From an uncultured Eubacteriales bacterium (lineage in GTDB: Bacteria; Bacillota; Clostridia; Christensenellales; CAG-314): a stretch of 64,000 nucleotides of DNA. The stretch lies in the NCBI GenBank assembly GCA_900544545.1, contig UQVY01000001.1, positions 26,975 to 90,974 on the forward strand, given 5' to 3'. The notes under the pieces are model-generated. The model had not been told where the DNA came from, did no database searches, and saw only the letters and a list, made by a program, of their open reading frames with translations. Position 1 is the stretch's first letter; each line of letters opens with the position of its first letter. Shown here piece after piece: positions 35,878 to 45,121 of this stretch. A program made the translations under genes and the position numbers.

Positions 35878-36588
35878 ATGAAAATCGAAGGAAGAAACGC
35901 GGTTACCGAAGCGATAAGAGAAGGAAGGCTGGATTGTTTATACGTCGAAAACGGAACGAAACACCCCGTCGTGAATATGGCGCTCGAGAACGGAATCAAG
36001 GTCAGATACGTGAACAGGAACGTCCTCGACAAAGAGTCGGAAACGGGGCGTCATCAGGGATTCGTCGGAGTTACGAGGGATTTCGAGTATTGCGATACGG
36101 ACGATATTCTCGCGCTTGCCAAAGAGAGGAAGGAAGAACCGCTTATCGTCGTTCTCGACGGAATCGAAGATCCTCATAATCTCGGAAGCATTATAAGATC
36201 GGCTGAATGCGCGGGCGTTCACGGTATAGTCATTCCGAAAAACAGGTCGGCTCAGGTCAACGAAACGGTTATAAGATGCTCGGCGGGAGCTGCCGTTCAT
36301 ATGAAGATAGCCCGGGTTACGAATATCAATTCCGCGATAGAAGAACTTAAAGAAAAGGGCGTGTGGACCTACGCGGCGGATATGGACGGACAATGCGTTT
36401 ACGACGCGGATTTATCGGGCGGAACGGCTTTCGTCATAGGAAGCGAAGGCTTCGGAGTAAAAAGACTTACCCGCGAGCTTTGCGACGGAGTGGTTTCCCT
36501 TCCCGTAAGAGGACAGGTCAATTCTCTCAACGCTTCGGTCGCGTGCGGAATTCTGGTTTACGAGGCGGTTCGTCGGAGGAGAGGATAA
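35878..36588 (+). CDS. rlmB: 23S rRNA (guanosine-2'-O)-methyltransferase RlmB (SpoU/TrmH family; YacO)
   Basis: LIVVLDGIEDPHNLGSIIRSAECAGVHGIVIP is a SpoU motif; GGAG RBS. The tool ORF starts at TTG 35863. Confidence 0.85.
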   Translation: MKIEGRNAVTEAIREGRLDCLYVENGTKHPVVNMALENGIKVRYVNRNVLDKESETGRHQGFVGVTRDFEYCDTDDILALAKERKEEPLIVVLDGIEDPHNLGSIIRSAECAGVHGIVIPKNRSAQVNETVIRCSAGAAVHMKIARVTNINSAIEELKEKGVWTYAADMDGQCVYDADLSGGTAFVIGSEGFGVKRLTRELCDGVVSLPVRGQVNSLNASVACGILVYEAVRRRRG

Positions 36589-37139
36589 TGCTTGACGAAA
36601 GCTCGGCAGTTCTTGCGGAGAAGGCCGCGGCAGGCGATAAGGAAGCGATGGAGCTGCTCGTGAGGGATTTTATGCCCGTCCTGAAGTCCTACGCCAACAC
36701 TTATTTCGTGCTGGGCGGAGATAAAGACGACGTTCTTCAGGAAGGAATGCTCGGTTTGTTTTTTGCCGTAAGGGATTTCGATTCTTCGCAGGGGCAGTTC
36801 GTACCGTTTGCGATGATGTGCATAAAAGGAAGGATCTACGCCGCTATCCGTCAGTCGAAAACGAATAAGCAAAGCCCTTTGAATTATTGCGTAGAACTTA
36901 CGGAGAACGAGATTTCGCAGAATTTCGATCCGATGGAAACTCTTCTTAAAAAGGAATGGCGCGAGAATTTCTGGAAGACGGTTTATTCGAAGCTCAGCAA
37001 GACCGAAAGAACGGTCGTGGAGATGTACGTTTCGGGTAAATCCTATGCGGAAATAGCGGCGGCTCTCGGCAAAGACGCGAAAACCGTCGATAACGCCTTG
37101 ACTCGTGCGAGAAGAAAGCTCAAGAATGAACTCGTATAG
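36588..37139 (+). CDS. sigH: RNA polymerase sigma factor SigH (sigma-70 family, sigma-H type)
   Basis: MLDESSAVLAEKAAAGDKEAMELLVRDFMPVLKSYANTYF (region 2) and a C-terminal HTH YAEIAAALGKDAKTVDNALTRARRKLK. The start overlaps the rlmB stop (TAATG). Confidence 0.8.
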   Translation: MLDESSAVLAEKAAAGDKEAMELLVRDFMPVLKSYANTYFVLGGDKDDVLQEGMLGLFFAVRDFDSSQGQFVPFAMMCIKGRIYAAIRQSKTNKQSPLNYCVELTENEISQNFDPMETLLKKEWRENFWKTVYSKLSKTERTVVEMYVSGKSYAEIAAALGKDAKTVDNALTRARRKLKNELV

Positions 37140-37174
37140 AAAAAACGGCGAATCGATCGGGTAAGGAGAAAAGA

Positions 37175-38734
37175 ATGGCTTATCTGGCACTATACAGAAG
37201 ACTGAGACCGGAATCGTTCTCCGAAGTCATCGGTCAGGATCATATAACGACTACGCTGCTCAATCAGATAAAGCGTAATCAGGTAGGGCACGCGTATCTT
37301 TTCACGGGGACGCGGGGAGTCGGAAAAACCTCCGTCGCAAGGCTCTTTGCGAAAGCGATATGCTGTCTCGATCCGAAGGACGGACGTCCGTGCGGGAAAT
37401 GCGCGGCTTGTCTGAGCCGCTCTGAGGCTTCTCCGGATATCGTCGAACTCGACGCGGCGAGCAACAACGGAGTGGATAACGTCAGGGATATCCGCGACGG
37501 AGTTATTTATCCTCCGGCGGTCGGGAAACGAAAGGTCTATATAATAGACGAAGTCCATATGCTTACGGGCGCGGCTTTCAACGCTCTTTTAAAGACTCTC
37601 GAAGAGCCTCCCGAGTACGTCGTTTTCATTCTCTGTACGACCGAAGTTCATAAGCTTCCGCAGACTATAATGTCGCGTTGTATGAGGTTCGATTTCAGAC
37701 TTGTGGGAACGGACGCGCTTTTCGGACTTTTAAAGAAGGTTTTTGAGGAAGAGAAGAAAGAATGCGAAGAGTCTGCTCTTTACCTTATCGCCGAAAACGC
37801 AAGGGGAAGCGTAAGGGACGCTTTGAGTATTGCCGACAGATGTCTTACGATAAGCGGAGGAAAGCTCACTTACGCGGAGGTTGCCGACGCTCTCGGTTCG
37901 GGAGACGTTTTGTCCCTCAGGGAGCTTATAGGAGCCGTTATAAGCCGCGATGCCGGGCGTGCCGTAACGCTTTTGTCCGAGAGGATGTCCGGAGGAACCA
38001 ATCCTTCCGTGCTTGCGAGGGAAATCGGACGATATTTCAGGAATCTTACCGTAGTCCGTACCGTCGGCGATCCCGATTCGGTTCTGAAGCTTCCCGAAAG
38101 TCTTATGGCTCCTCTCAGAGAAGACGCTAAGTGCGGGGATACGAGAAGATTTCTGTCCTGCGCGGAGGTTTTTACGTCTCTCGAAGGCGATATGCGTTAT
38201 TCGCTTTCCCCTCAGCTTATACTCGAATCCGCGGTAATCAGGTGCGCTCTCGACGAAGAGAGCGATACGCGTCTGAAGCTGGAGCTGCTCGAAAAGCGTA
38301 TGGAAAGAATCGAAAAAGCTCTTTCGTCGGGGACTTTGACCGTCGGAGAAACGGAAACCGACGCGGTCAGGGAGGAGAAGAAGCCTTCTTCCGAGGAGGT
38401 AAAAAGCTTTTCGGAATTCACGCAAAGAGACGTCGAGAGAAGTTGGGCAAGACTTACGGCTTCCGCGAGAAAAAACGGCGGACTCGTTTTCGACGCGGTC
38501 AAGAAGGTTACGAAGGTCGAAAAGTCGGGTAAAAAGCTCCGTATACAGGCGGAGCCGGTAATTTACGAGCTTATAAGCGGGGATAAGGCTCTTTCCGAAT
38601 CGCTTTCCTTGCTCATAAGGGCGAATTTCGGCGACGCCGCGTGGGAAATCGAACGCAGCGACGTCCGGACCGAAAGCGAAGTCGTCCAGAAGCTTAAAGA
38701 ACTTACCGACGGAAAACTCAGAATCGAAAAATAA
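37175..38734 (+). CDS. dnaX: DNA polymerase III subunits gamma/tau
   Basis: LYRRLRPESFSEVIGQDHI...GHAYLFTGTRGVGKTSVARLFAKAICC is the AAA+ clamp-loader N-terminus with a zinc module. Confidence 0.9.
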   Translation: MAYLALYRRLRPESFSEVIGQDHITTTLLNQIKRNQVGHAYLFTGTRGVGKTSVARLFAKAICCLDPKDGRPCGKCAACLSRSEASPDIVELDAASNNGVDNVRDIRDGVIYPPAVGKRKVYIIDEVHMLTGAAFNALLKTLEEPPEYVVFILCTTEVHKLPQTIMSRCMRFDFRLVGTDALFGLLKKVFEEEKKECEESALYLIAENARGSVRDALSIADRCLTISGGKLTYAEVADALGSGDVLSLRELIGAVISRDAGRAVTLLSERMSGGTNPSVLAREIGRYFRNLTVVRTVGDPDSVLKLPESLMAPLREDAKCGDTRRFLSCAEVFTSLEGDMRYSLSPQLILESAVIRCALDEESDTRLKLELLEKRMERIEKALSSGTLTVGETETDAVREEKKPSSEEVKSFSEFTQRDVERSWARLTASARKNGGLVFDAVKKVTKVEKSGKKLRIQAEPVIYELISGDKALSESLSLLIRANFGDAAWEIERSDVRTESEVVQKLKELTDGKLRIEK

Positions 38735-38785
38735 ACGACGCGGTTTTTCCGCGATTAATCATCAAATAAAGACAGGAGAATCATT

Positions 38786-39106
38786 ATGGCTAACAGAAAT
38801 TTCGGCGGCGGAATGAATATGCAGCAGCTTGCTCTTCAGGCGCAGAGAATGCAGCAGAAGATACTCAAGGCTCAGGAAGAACTTGAAAATATGGAAATCG
38901 ACGGAACTGCGGGAAACGGACTCGTTACAGTGACTCTTACCGGACAGAAAAAGCTTGTCGGAGTAAGTATAAAGCCCGAAGCGGTGGATTTGGACGACCT
39001 CGAAATGCTCGAAGATCTTATCGTTGCCGCTTACAATGCGGCTGCCGAAGAAGCTGACGCGGCTTCCAAGGAACTTATGCCCGACGCAGCCAACGGACTG
39101 TTCTGA
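38786..39106 (+). CDS. ybaB: Nucleoid-associated protein YbaB/EbfC
   Basis: MQQLALQAQRMQQKILKAQEELENMEIDGTAGNGLVTVTLTGQKKLVGVSI is canonical. Confidence 0.9.
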   Translation: MANRNFGGGMNMQQLALQAQRMQQKILKAQEELENMEIDGTAGNGLVTVTLTGQKKLVGVSIKPEAVDLDDLEMLEDLIVAAYNAAAEEADAASKELMPDAANGLF

Positions 39107-39113
39107 TTTTATC

Positions 39114-39707
39114 GTGGCGAACGGCAATATAAAGGCTCTCAACGAGCTTATAGGTAAGTTTATGACTCTTCCGGGAGTCGGCAACAAAACCGCGCAGCGT
39201 TACGCTCTTTCCGTTCTGAAAATGAGCGAAGCCGACGCGGAGGAATTTTCGAAAGCGATTGTAAGCGCGAGAAAGAACGTCAAGTTCTGCCGTATATGCG
39301 GGAATTTCACCGAAGGAGACGTCTGCGACATCTGTGCGACGAGAGATTCGGCGGTTATCTGCGTGGTCAAGGATCCGAAGGATATTTTTGCTCTGGAAAG
39401 AGTCCGCGACTATAAAGGCACGTATCACGTTCTGGGCGGCGTGCTTAATCCTCTCGAAAACGTAGGTCCCAACGATCTTCGCATAAAAGAGCTTATCGAT
39501 CGTCTTGACGGAAGCGTAGGGGAAGTCATTATCGCTACGAATCCCGACGTGGAGGGGGAGGCTACGGCCGTTTATCTTTCGAGACTTATAAAACCGCTCG
39601 GAGTGAAGGTTACGCGTATCGCGCGCGGAGTTTCCGTCGGCAGCGATCTCGAATACGCCGACGAAGTCACGCTTTCGAGGGCTATGGAAGACAGGCGCGA
39701 GATGTAG
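39114..39707 (+). CDS. recR: Recombination protein RecR (GTG start)
   Basis: HhH (LPGVGNKTAQRYA), zinc finger (CRICGNFTEGDVCDIC) and Toprim domain. GTG at 39114 gives a ~197-aa product; the in-frame ATG at 39024 lies inside ybaB. Confidence 0.85.
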   Translation: MANGNIKALNELIGKFMTLPGVGNKTAQRYALSVLKMSEADAEEFSKAIVSARKNVKFCRICGNFTEGDVCDICATRDSAVICVVKDPKDIFALERVRDYKGTYHVLGGVLNPLENVGPNDLRIKELIDRLDGSVGEVIIATNPDVEGEATAVYLSRLIKPLGVKVTRIARGVSVGSDLEYADEVTLSRAMEDRREM

Positions 39708-39727
39708 CGTCGTTTTCGGAGAAGAAT

Positions 39728-40735
39728 ATGAAGTGTTGTTTATGTCCGAGGAAATGCGGAGTCGATCGCGAAGTTTCCGCGGGCTTCTGCGGAGTCGGCA
39801 ACGATATAATCGTAGGAAACGTCGGTATCCATAAATGGGAAGAACCGATAATCGGCGGCTCCGGAGGAAGCGGAGCGGTTTTTTTCTGCGGTTGTAATCT
39901 CAGATGCGTCTACTGCCAGAATTTCGAAATAAGCCACGGCGAGTTTTCCCGATTTTTCTGCGGCGCGGAAAGCTCGGAGACTTTTTCGTCGGGGCACGCT
40001 TTCCGCACGGAGCCTTCGGGTATGAGAATATCTCTTAAACCCGTCGGCTATAAGGTTTCTTCGGAAGAAATTGCCGAAAAGCTCGTCGAAATGCAGCTGA
40101 ACGGAGCGGAGTGCGCGGATTTCGTAACTCCTACGCATTATTCCGATAAAATCACCGAGATTGTTTCCGAAGCGAGAAAAAGAGGGCTTACCGTTCCCGT
40201 CGTTTACAATTGCGGCGGTTACGAAGATTGTGAAACGCTTAAAAAGCTGGAAGACTTTGTGGACGTGTACCTTCCCGATTTCAAATACGCGGACGGCGAG
40301 CTTTCCCGCAGACTTTCGGGAGCGAGAGATTATCCCGAAGTCGCTCTCAAGGCGATAACCGAGATGAAGAGGCAGAAAAAAGACGTTATCGGGAACGGAA
40401 AAATGAAGAGCGGAGTGCTTATCCGTCATCTCGTTTTGCCTTCTCTTTTGAATAACAGCAGAAAAGTTCTCGACCTTATCAAGGAGAATTTCGGAACGGA
40501 AACCTACGTGAGCCTTATGAGCCAGTATTTTCCGCCCGAGATACCTATCGGAGAGGTCTGTCTCAACAGGAAGCTTACGAGGCTGGAAAAAAACAGAATC
40601 GAAGATTATTTCTTTTCGCTGGGCTTTAATAACGGTTTCGTTCAGGAACTTTGCTCGGCGGATAAAAAATACGTTCCCGTCTGGGACGGAGAACGGAAGT
40701 TGCGGAGGAAAGACAATGAAATGCCCGTATTGTAA
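39728..40735 (+). CDS. Radical SAM protein (PflX/YjjW-like activating-enzyme family)
   Basis: N-terminal CxxxC cluster MKCCLCPRKCGV...GFCGV and a canonical CNLRCVYCQN (CxxxCxxC). Confidence 0.7.
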   Translation: MKCCLCPRKCGVDREVSAGFCGVGNDIIVGNVGIHKWEEPIIGGSGGSGAVFFCGCNLRCVYCQNFEISHGEFSRFFCGAESSETFSSGHAFRTEPSGMRISLKPVGYKVSSEEIAEKLVEMQLNGAECADFVTPTHYSDKITEIVSEARKRGLTVPVVYNCGGYEDCETLKKLEDFVDVYLPDFKYADGELSRRLSGARDYPEVALKAITEMKRQKKDVIGNGKMKSGVLIRHLVLPSLLNNSRKVLDLIKENFGTETYVSLMSQYFPPEIPIGEVCLNRKLTRLEKNRIEDYFFSLGFNNGFVQELCSADKKYVPVWDGERKLRRKDNEMPVL

Positions 40736-41198
40736 GGATCATCCCGATCTTAAAGTTATAGACAGCCGTCCCGAGGACGACGGACAGGCAATTAAAAGAC
40801 GCCGCGAATGTCCGGAATGTCAGCGAAGGTATACGACCTACGAAAGAATAGAGTTAAAGCCTCTTTACGTAGTCAAAAAGAACGGAAACCGACAGCTTTT
40901 CGATTCGAATAAAGTCAGAAACGGTATTCAGCTTGCCTGCACCAACAGGCCGGTTTCCGCGGCAAAGATAGACGAGCTTGTCAGGAGCGTGGAAAAAACC
41001 GTCGGCGATATGCAGATGGACGAGGTTCCGAGTTCGGTTATAGGAAATCTCGTTATGGACAGGCTTATGGAAACGGACGAAGTGTCTTACGTAAGATTCG
41101 CCTCGGTTTACAGGCATTTTACCGACACGAGGACGTTCATCACCGAAATGCAGAAGCTTCTTTCGGAGCTTGAAAAATACGAAGGGAAGAAAAAGTGA
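40716..41198 (+). CDS. nrdR: Transcriptional repressor NrdR
   Basis: MKCPYCKDHPDLKVIDSRPEDDGQAIKRRRECPECQRRYTTYERIE is the NrdR zinc ribbon; ATP-cone follows. Confidence 0.9.
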   Translation: MKCPYCKDHPDLKVIDSRPEDDGQAIKRRRECPECQRRYTTYERIELKPLYVVKKNGNRQLFDSNKVRNGIQLACTNRPVSAAKIDELVRSVEKTVGDMQMDEVPSSVIGNLVMDRLMETDEVSYVRFASVYRHFTDTRTFITEMQKLLSELEKYEGKKK

Positions 41199-42046
41199 AA
41201 GTAAGCGGCGAGTGGAAGGATTATACGATTATTGCGACGGGCGACGGCGAAAAGCTCGAAAGATGGGGGAAATATACTCTTCTGCGTCCCGATCCGCAGG
41301 TTATATGGAGAGCGAAGAAACCTCTTGCGTCTTATAAGGGCATAGACGCTCATTACATAAGAAGCAATACGGGCGGCGGGTATTGGGAATACGATACGCA
41401 GCTTCCCGAAGAGTGGACGGTATCGTGGAGGAATCTGACCTTTTCGGTCAAGCCGATGGGCTTCAAACATACCGGACTTTTTCCCGAGCAGGCGGTTAAC
41501 TGGGACGCTATGACGAAGCTTATTTCGGGCGCGGGAAGGGAAATAAAGGTGCTTAATCTCTTTGCGTATACCGGAGGAGCGACCGTTGCCTGCCTTAAAG
41601 CGGGGGCTTCCGTCTGTCACGTAGACGCGGCGAAGAATATGGTCGAAAGATGCAGGAAGAATTGTCTTCTTTCGGAAGTAGCCGGCGGTAAGGTCAGGTA
41701 TATAGTCGACGACTGCAAGAAGTTCATTAAGCGCGAAATCAACCGCGGCAACCGCTACGACGCGATAATTATGGATCCTCCGAGTTACGGAAGAGGAAGC
41801 AACGGAGAAATCTGGAAGCTCGAAAACGACTTATACGATTTCGTCGTGCTTGCGGCGGAGGTGTTGTCCGACAACCCGCTTTTCGTCCTGATAAACAGCT
41901 ATACGACGGGGCTTCAGCCCGCGGTCATAGGAAACGTCCTCGATCTTGCCGTAAAAGGCGGAAAAACGGACGCATACGAGGTCTGTCTTCCGACCGAAGA
42001 AGGAATAGTCCTTCCGTGCGGGGCGAGCGGACTGAAAACATTTTGA
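41195..42046 (+). CDS. Class I SAM-dependent methyltransferase (RlmI/YwbD-like rRNA MTase catalytic domain)
   Basis: VLNLFAYTGGATVACLKAGASVCHVDAAKNMV and IIMDPPSYG (DPPxx). GTG start overlaps the nrdR stop. Confidence 0.7.
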   Translation: MKVSGEWKDYTIIATGDGEKLERWGKYTLLRPDPQVIWRAKKPLASYKGIDAHYIRSNTGGGYWEYDTQLPEEWTVSWRNLTFSVKPMGFKHTGLFPEQAVNWDAMTKLISGAGREIKVLNLFAYTGGATVACLKAGASVCHVDAAKNMVERCRKNCLLSEVAGGKVRYIVDDCKKFIKREINRGNRYDAIIMDPPSYGRGSNGEIWKLENDLYDFVVLAAEVLSDNPLFVLINSYTTGLQPAVIGNVLDLAVKGGKTDAYEVCLPTEEGIVLPCGASGLKTF

Positions 42047-42068
42047 TTTTTGCGAACGAGGTAGATTG

Positions 42069-42806
42069 ATGAGAACCTTTACAATGGACGATATCCCCGT
42101 GCTTTACGAGGATAAACATATTATCGTGGTCAATAAGCCGCAAAACCTGCCCAGTCAGGCAGACGCTTCCGGCGACGCCGATTTGCTTACCATTCTCAAG
42201 CAGTATATCAAGGAAAGAGACGGAAAGCCGGGCAACGTTTATCTTGCTCTTCTTCACAGGCTCGACAGAGTTACGGGCGGCGTTATGGTTTTTGCGAAAA
42301 ACGATAAAAGCGCGGCAAGACTTTCCGAAGCGATAAGAAACGACGAAGTTACTAAAAAATACCTGACCGTCGTGCTCGGCAAGCCCAAGCGTCACGAAGG
42401 TAAACTCGTCAATTTCCTTAAAAAGAACGCTTCGACGAACGTAGTGTATGTTTCGAGCGAAGCTACGCCCGGAGTAAAGAGAGCCGAGCTTGATTACAGG
42501 CTTCTCGCGTCTGCGGGAGGAGTGGTGAGTCTTCTCGAAATCGGACTCGTAACGGGAAGATCTCATCAGATAAGAGTTCAGATGGCAGCTCAGGGGCTTC
42601 CCGTATTCGGCGACGTGAAATACGGCGGAGACAGGCTTGCCAAGGGACACAACATCGCTTTATGGGCGTTTTATCTCGAATTCGTTCATCCCGTAACGGG
42701 CGATACGATGAGATTCGTTTCCTATCCGCCCGAGGACAAGGAGCCTTGGGTTAAATTCAACCTCGAAGAATATATAGAGCCGTATAAAAAGAGAAAAGAA
42801 ATCTGA
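42069..42806 (+). CDS. RluA-family pseudouridine synthase
   Basis: LHRLDRVTGGVMVFAKN has the HRLD catalytic Asp motif; GAGG RBS. Confidence 0.8.
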   Translation: MRTFTMDDIPVLYEDKHIIVVNKPQNLPSQADASGDADLLTILKQYIKERDGKPGNVYLALLHRLDRVTGGVMVFAKNDKSAARLSEAIRNDEVTKKYLTVVLGKPKRHEGKLVNFLKKNASTNVVYVSSEATPGVKRAELDYRLLASAGGVVSLLEIGLVTGRSHQIRVQMAAQGLPVFGDVKYGGDRLAKGHNIALWAFYLEFVHPVTGDTMRFVSYPPEDKEPWVKFNLEEYIEPYKKRKEI

Positions 42807-42939
42807 TTTTTCCGCTCGGCCGGAAAATGAGCGAAGGACGCAAAAAACGGCTTGTTTGCGGGCGGAATAAGACAGAAATCGCGATAAACCCGCGCTTACG
42901 GTTTTTTGCGATTGAAACGGTAAAAATTCTTCAAAACGA

Positions 42940-42968
42940 TTGACAATAATTGCATAAAAGGGTAAAAT
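42940..42968 (+). promoter_or_regulatory. Sigma-70 type promoter (TTGACA-17-TAAAAT) for the 43062 surface-protein gene
   Basis: TTGACA at 42940-42945, 17-nt spacer, TAAAAT at 42963-42968. Confidence 0.6.
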
Positions 42969-43061
42969 ATACTGAGTGAGCCGTTTTGCTCGGTCGGAAC
43001 GGTTCGGTTTGTCGCTTTTACCCGCGGCATTCAGCTATACAAAACGGAGGAATTCTCTATA

Positions 43062-45047
43062 ATGAACAGAAAGTTAGTGTTATCATTGGTACTTGCGCTG
43101 GCTATCTTCACGACGGTCTTTTGCGCGGGAATACCGGGACAGGCTCAGGCTATCAACGTAACGCCCGGCGGATCCAACGGTAAGTTATTCAAGCAGACGA
43201 GCGGCACCGTTACGATAGGCGGTATCACCGAGAACGGCGTCGAAATAGTTCTCGACGGCTCTTATACGGACAATAAATTCCAGTTTGTACAAAATATGTA
43301 TATGGACGGCTTCGCTTTTGAAGCTCAGACCAATCTTTATTTCGATTCCTTCACGCTTACGGTCAGTGATTATTCCGATGCGGACAACGTTGCCGAAATA
43401 ACCGTTACGAAAGAGACTCAGGAAGGTTCCAAGGTCTTTTACGGCACCGTTAAAAACGGTAATCTTACCGGCATCAGGACCGAGATTCCGTTTACTCCCG
43501 TCGATTCCGAAAAGACTTCCGACGGCGACAAGTACGGTCTTACCATCTCTTACGAAGACGGCGTTTTCTCCGTTAACGGCGTAAAGCTTCTTCTTCCCGA
43601 GGTTGCGGGAGCTTCCGAAGAGAGCGGAGAACCCTCCGAAGGCGAAGATCAGCCTACGGATCCCGTCGAACCGACTTACAGAGGCATTTATTTCGACAGC
43701 AACGTCGCTACGATGACCTTTGCAAATAAAAACAACGAACAGAACGACGAAATCTCTATGGAAATGCTCGTCAAGAGTATCTCCAACGTTAACGGCAAGC
43801 AGGAACTTACCACCGAAGCCGAAGCCGTGGATATCGTTATCTGGACGAGACTTACCAAGCCCGAAGCGACCGAAATTTCCGACGAAACTCTTTATCACGG
43901 AAGAAAGACCGCTTACGTTTACGGCAATATCAAAGCCAAACAGGAATCGGACTATTCCTTCCCCGTTTACGGTATAAGCATTATCGGTCAGACGATGGAT
44001 ACGCAGGTATTCGAGATTCTCGAAGACGGCTCTTATAAGCTTCTTCTTTCCTCTTTCGAGGACGACGAAAACGGAAGCTCCGATAACAAGAAGAGCAAAT
44101 ATCGCCTCGGAAAAGACGGTCAGAAGTACGAAATCCGCCTTTATAACGCGACGGAAGTCCACGTTCTTAGAGTAGACGCGATTCAGGACAAGGTTCCCAC
44201 CGAGCTTAATCACGGAGAACTTCATAAACTCATCGACGAAAATCTCACCAAAGGTGCTTTCCGTTCCAATCAGAACATAACTCTTCCCAAGCTTACGATA
44301 AGCGACGGAAATTCTCTCGATAAAAAGTATTTTATCTTCTCAGAAGAAGATCAGGGTATCGACACAATAGACAACATCAAAGTTCAGGTTGCGTATAAGA
44401 AACCCGGAGCTACCGGCGACTGGTCGTGGTCATCCAACTTCACGATAAGCAGCCTTACCGCCGAAGGAACGTGGGCGTTTGCTTACAGAGTAGTCGACGG
44501 TTCGGGCAATGCGGGTAAGAACATCTTCACCTTTACGAGAGACGTTATCGACGCTAAAGGTCCCGAAATCACTCTTTCTTCCGAACAGCTTTCCGCTTAC
44601 AAGGGAGTTCGTTATACAGTTTCCACCCCGACGATATCCGACGATATCTCGGGAGTAGACACTTCCAAGACCAGTATCAGAGTATTCAAGGGCGTTAGAG
44701 GCAATGCGGATGTAGAAGAAATCAAGCTTTATAACGACAACAGCTTCGTTCCCGATGTGCTTACCGGCAAAAGCGAGAGTTATTCCTATTACGTAGAATA
44801 CGTCGCTTACGATTATAGAGGCAATAAGTCCGAAGTCAAGTACGCTTATATCACCGTAACCGAAAAGAAGGACGATAATTCGAGTACTACCGCCGAAGTT
44901 CCCGGCTGGCTCTTCGTAATTCTCATCGTTGCGTGCGTGCTTCTTATAGCGGCTATAGTATACCTCATCTTCTCCAAACCCGAAGAGAAGAACACAGGAC
45001 GTCCCGAACCCAAACAGGTCGAATCCAAGGACGAACAGAAAAAATAA
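43062..45047 (+). CDS. Secreted, C-terminally membrane-anchored surface protein (661 aa), hypothetical
   Basis: Signal peptide MNRKLVLSLVLALAIFTTVFCAGIPGQAQA and a C-terminal TM WLFVILIVACVLLIAAIVYLIF plus charged tail; ACGGAGG RBS. Confidence 0.7.
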   Translation: MNRKLVLSLVLALAIFTTVFCAGIPGQAQAINVTPGGSNGKLFKQTSGTVTIGGITENGVEIVLDGSYTDNKFQFVQNMYMDGFAFEAQTNLYFDSFTLTVSDYSDADNVAEITVTKETQEGSKVFYGTVKNGNLTGIRTEIPFTPVDSEKTSDGDKYGLTISYEDGVFSVNGVKLLLPEVAGASEESGEPSEGEDQPTDPVEPTYRGIYFDSNVATMTFANKNNEQNDEISMEMLVKSISNVNGKQELTTEAEAVDIVIWTRLTKPEATEISDETLYHGRKTAYVYGNIKAKQESDYSFPVYGISIIGQTMDTQVFEILEDGSYKLLLSSFEDDENGSSDNKKSKYRLGKDGQKYEIRLYNATEVHVLRVDAIQDKVPTELNHGELHKLIDENLTKGAFRSNQNITLPKLTISDGNSLDKKYFIFSEEDQGIDTIDNIKVQVAYKKPGATGDWSWSSNFTISSLTAEGTWAFAYRVVDGSGNAGKNIFTFTRDVIDAKGPEITLSSEQLSAYKGVRYTVSTPTISDDISGVDTSKTSIRVFKGVRGNADVEEIKLYNDNSFVPDVLTGKSESYSYYVEYVAYDYRGNKSEVKYAYITVTEKKDDNSSTTAEVPGWLFVILIVACVLLIAAIVYLIFSKPEEKNTGRPEPKQVESKDEQKK

Positions 45048-45066
45048 CAACCAAGCCGAATGAAAT

Positions 45067-45096
45067 AAACGTTCCCCAAGGGAGCGTTTATTTTGG
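45067..45096 (+). terminator. Rho-independent terminator
   Basis: AAACGTTCCCC-AAG-GGAGCGTTT stem (one G-U pair) followed by ATTTTGG. Confidence 0.6.
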
Positions 45097-45121
45097 CGAT
45101 ATATCTAAAAAGGAGTAGAAT

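Noticed and set aside
39024-39113. ATG at 39024 as the recR start, as in the ORF track
   Set aside because: That start lies inside ybaB and would add ~30 residues of non-RecR sequence. A GTG at 39114 directly after the ybaB stop gives a canonical ~197-aa RecR.
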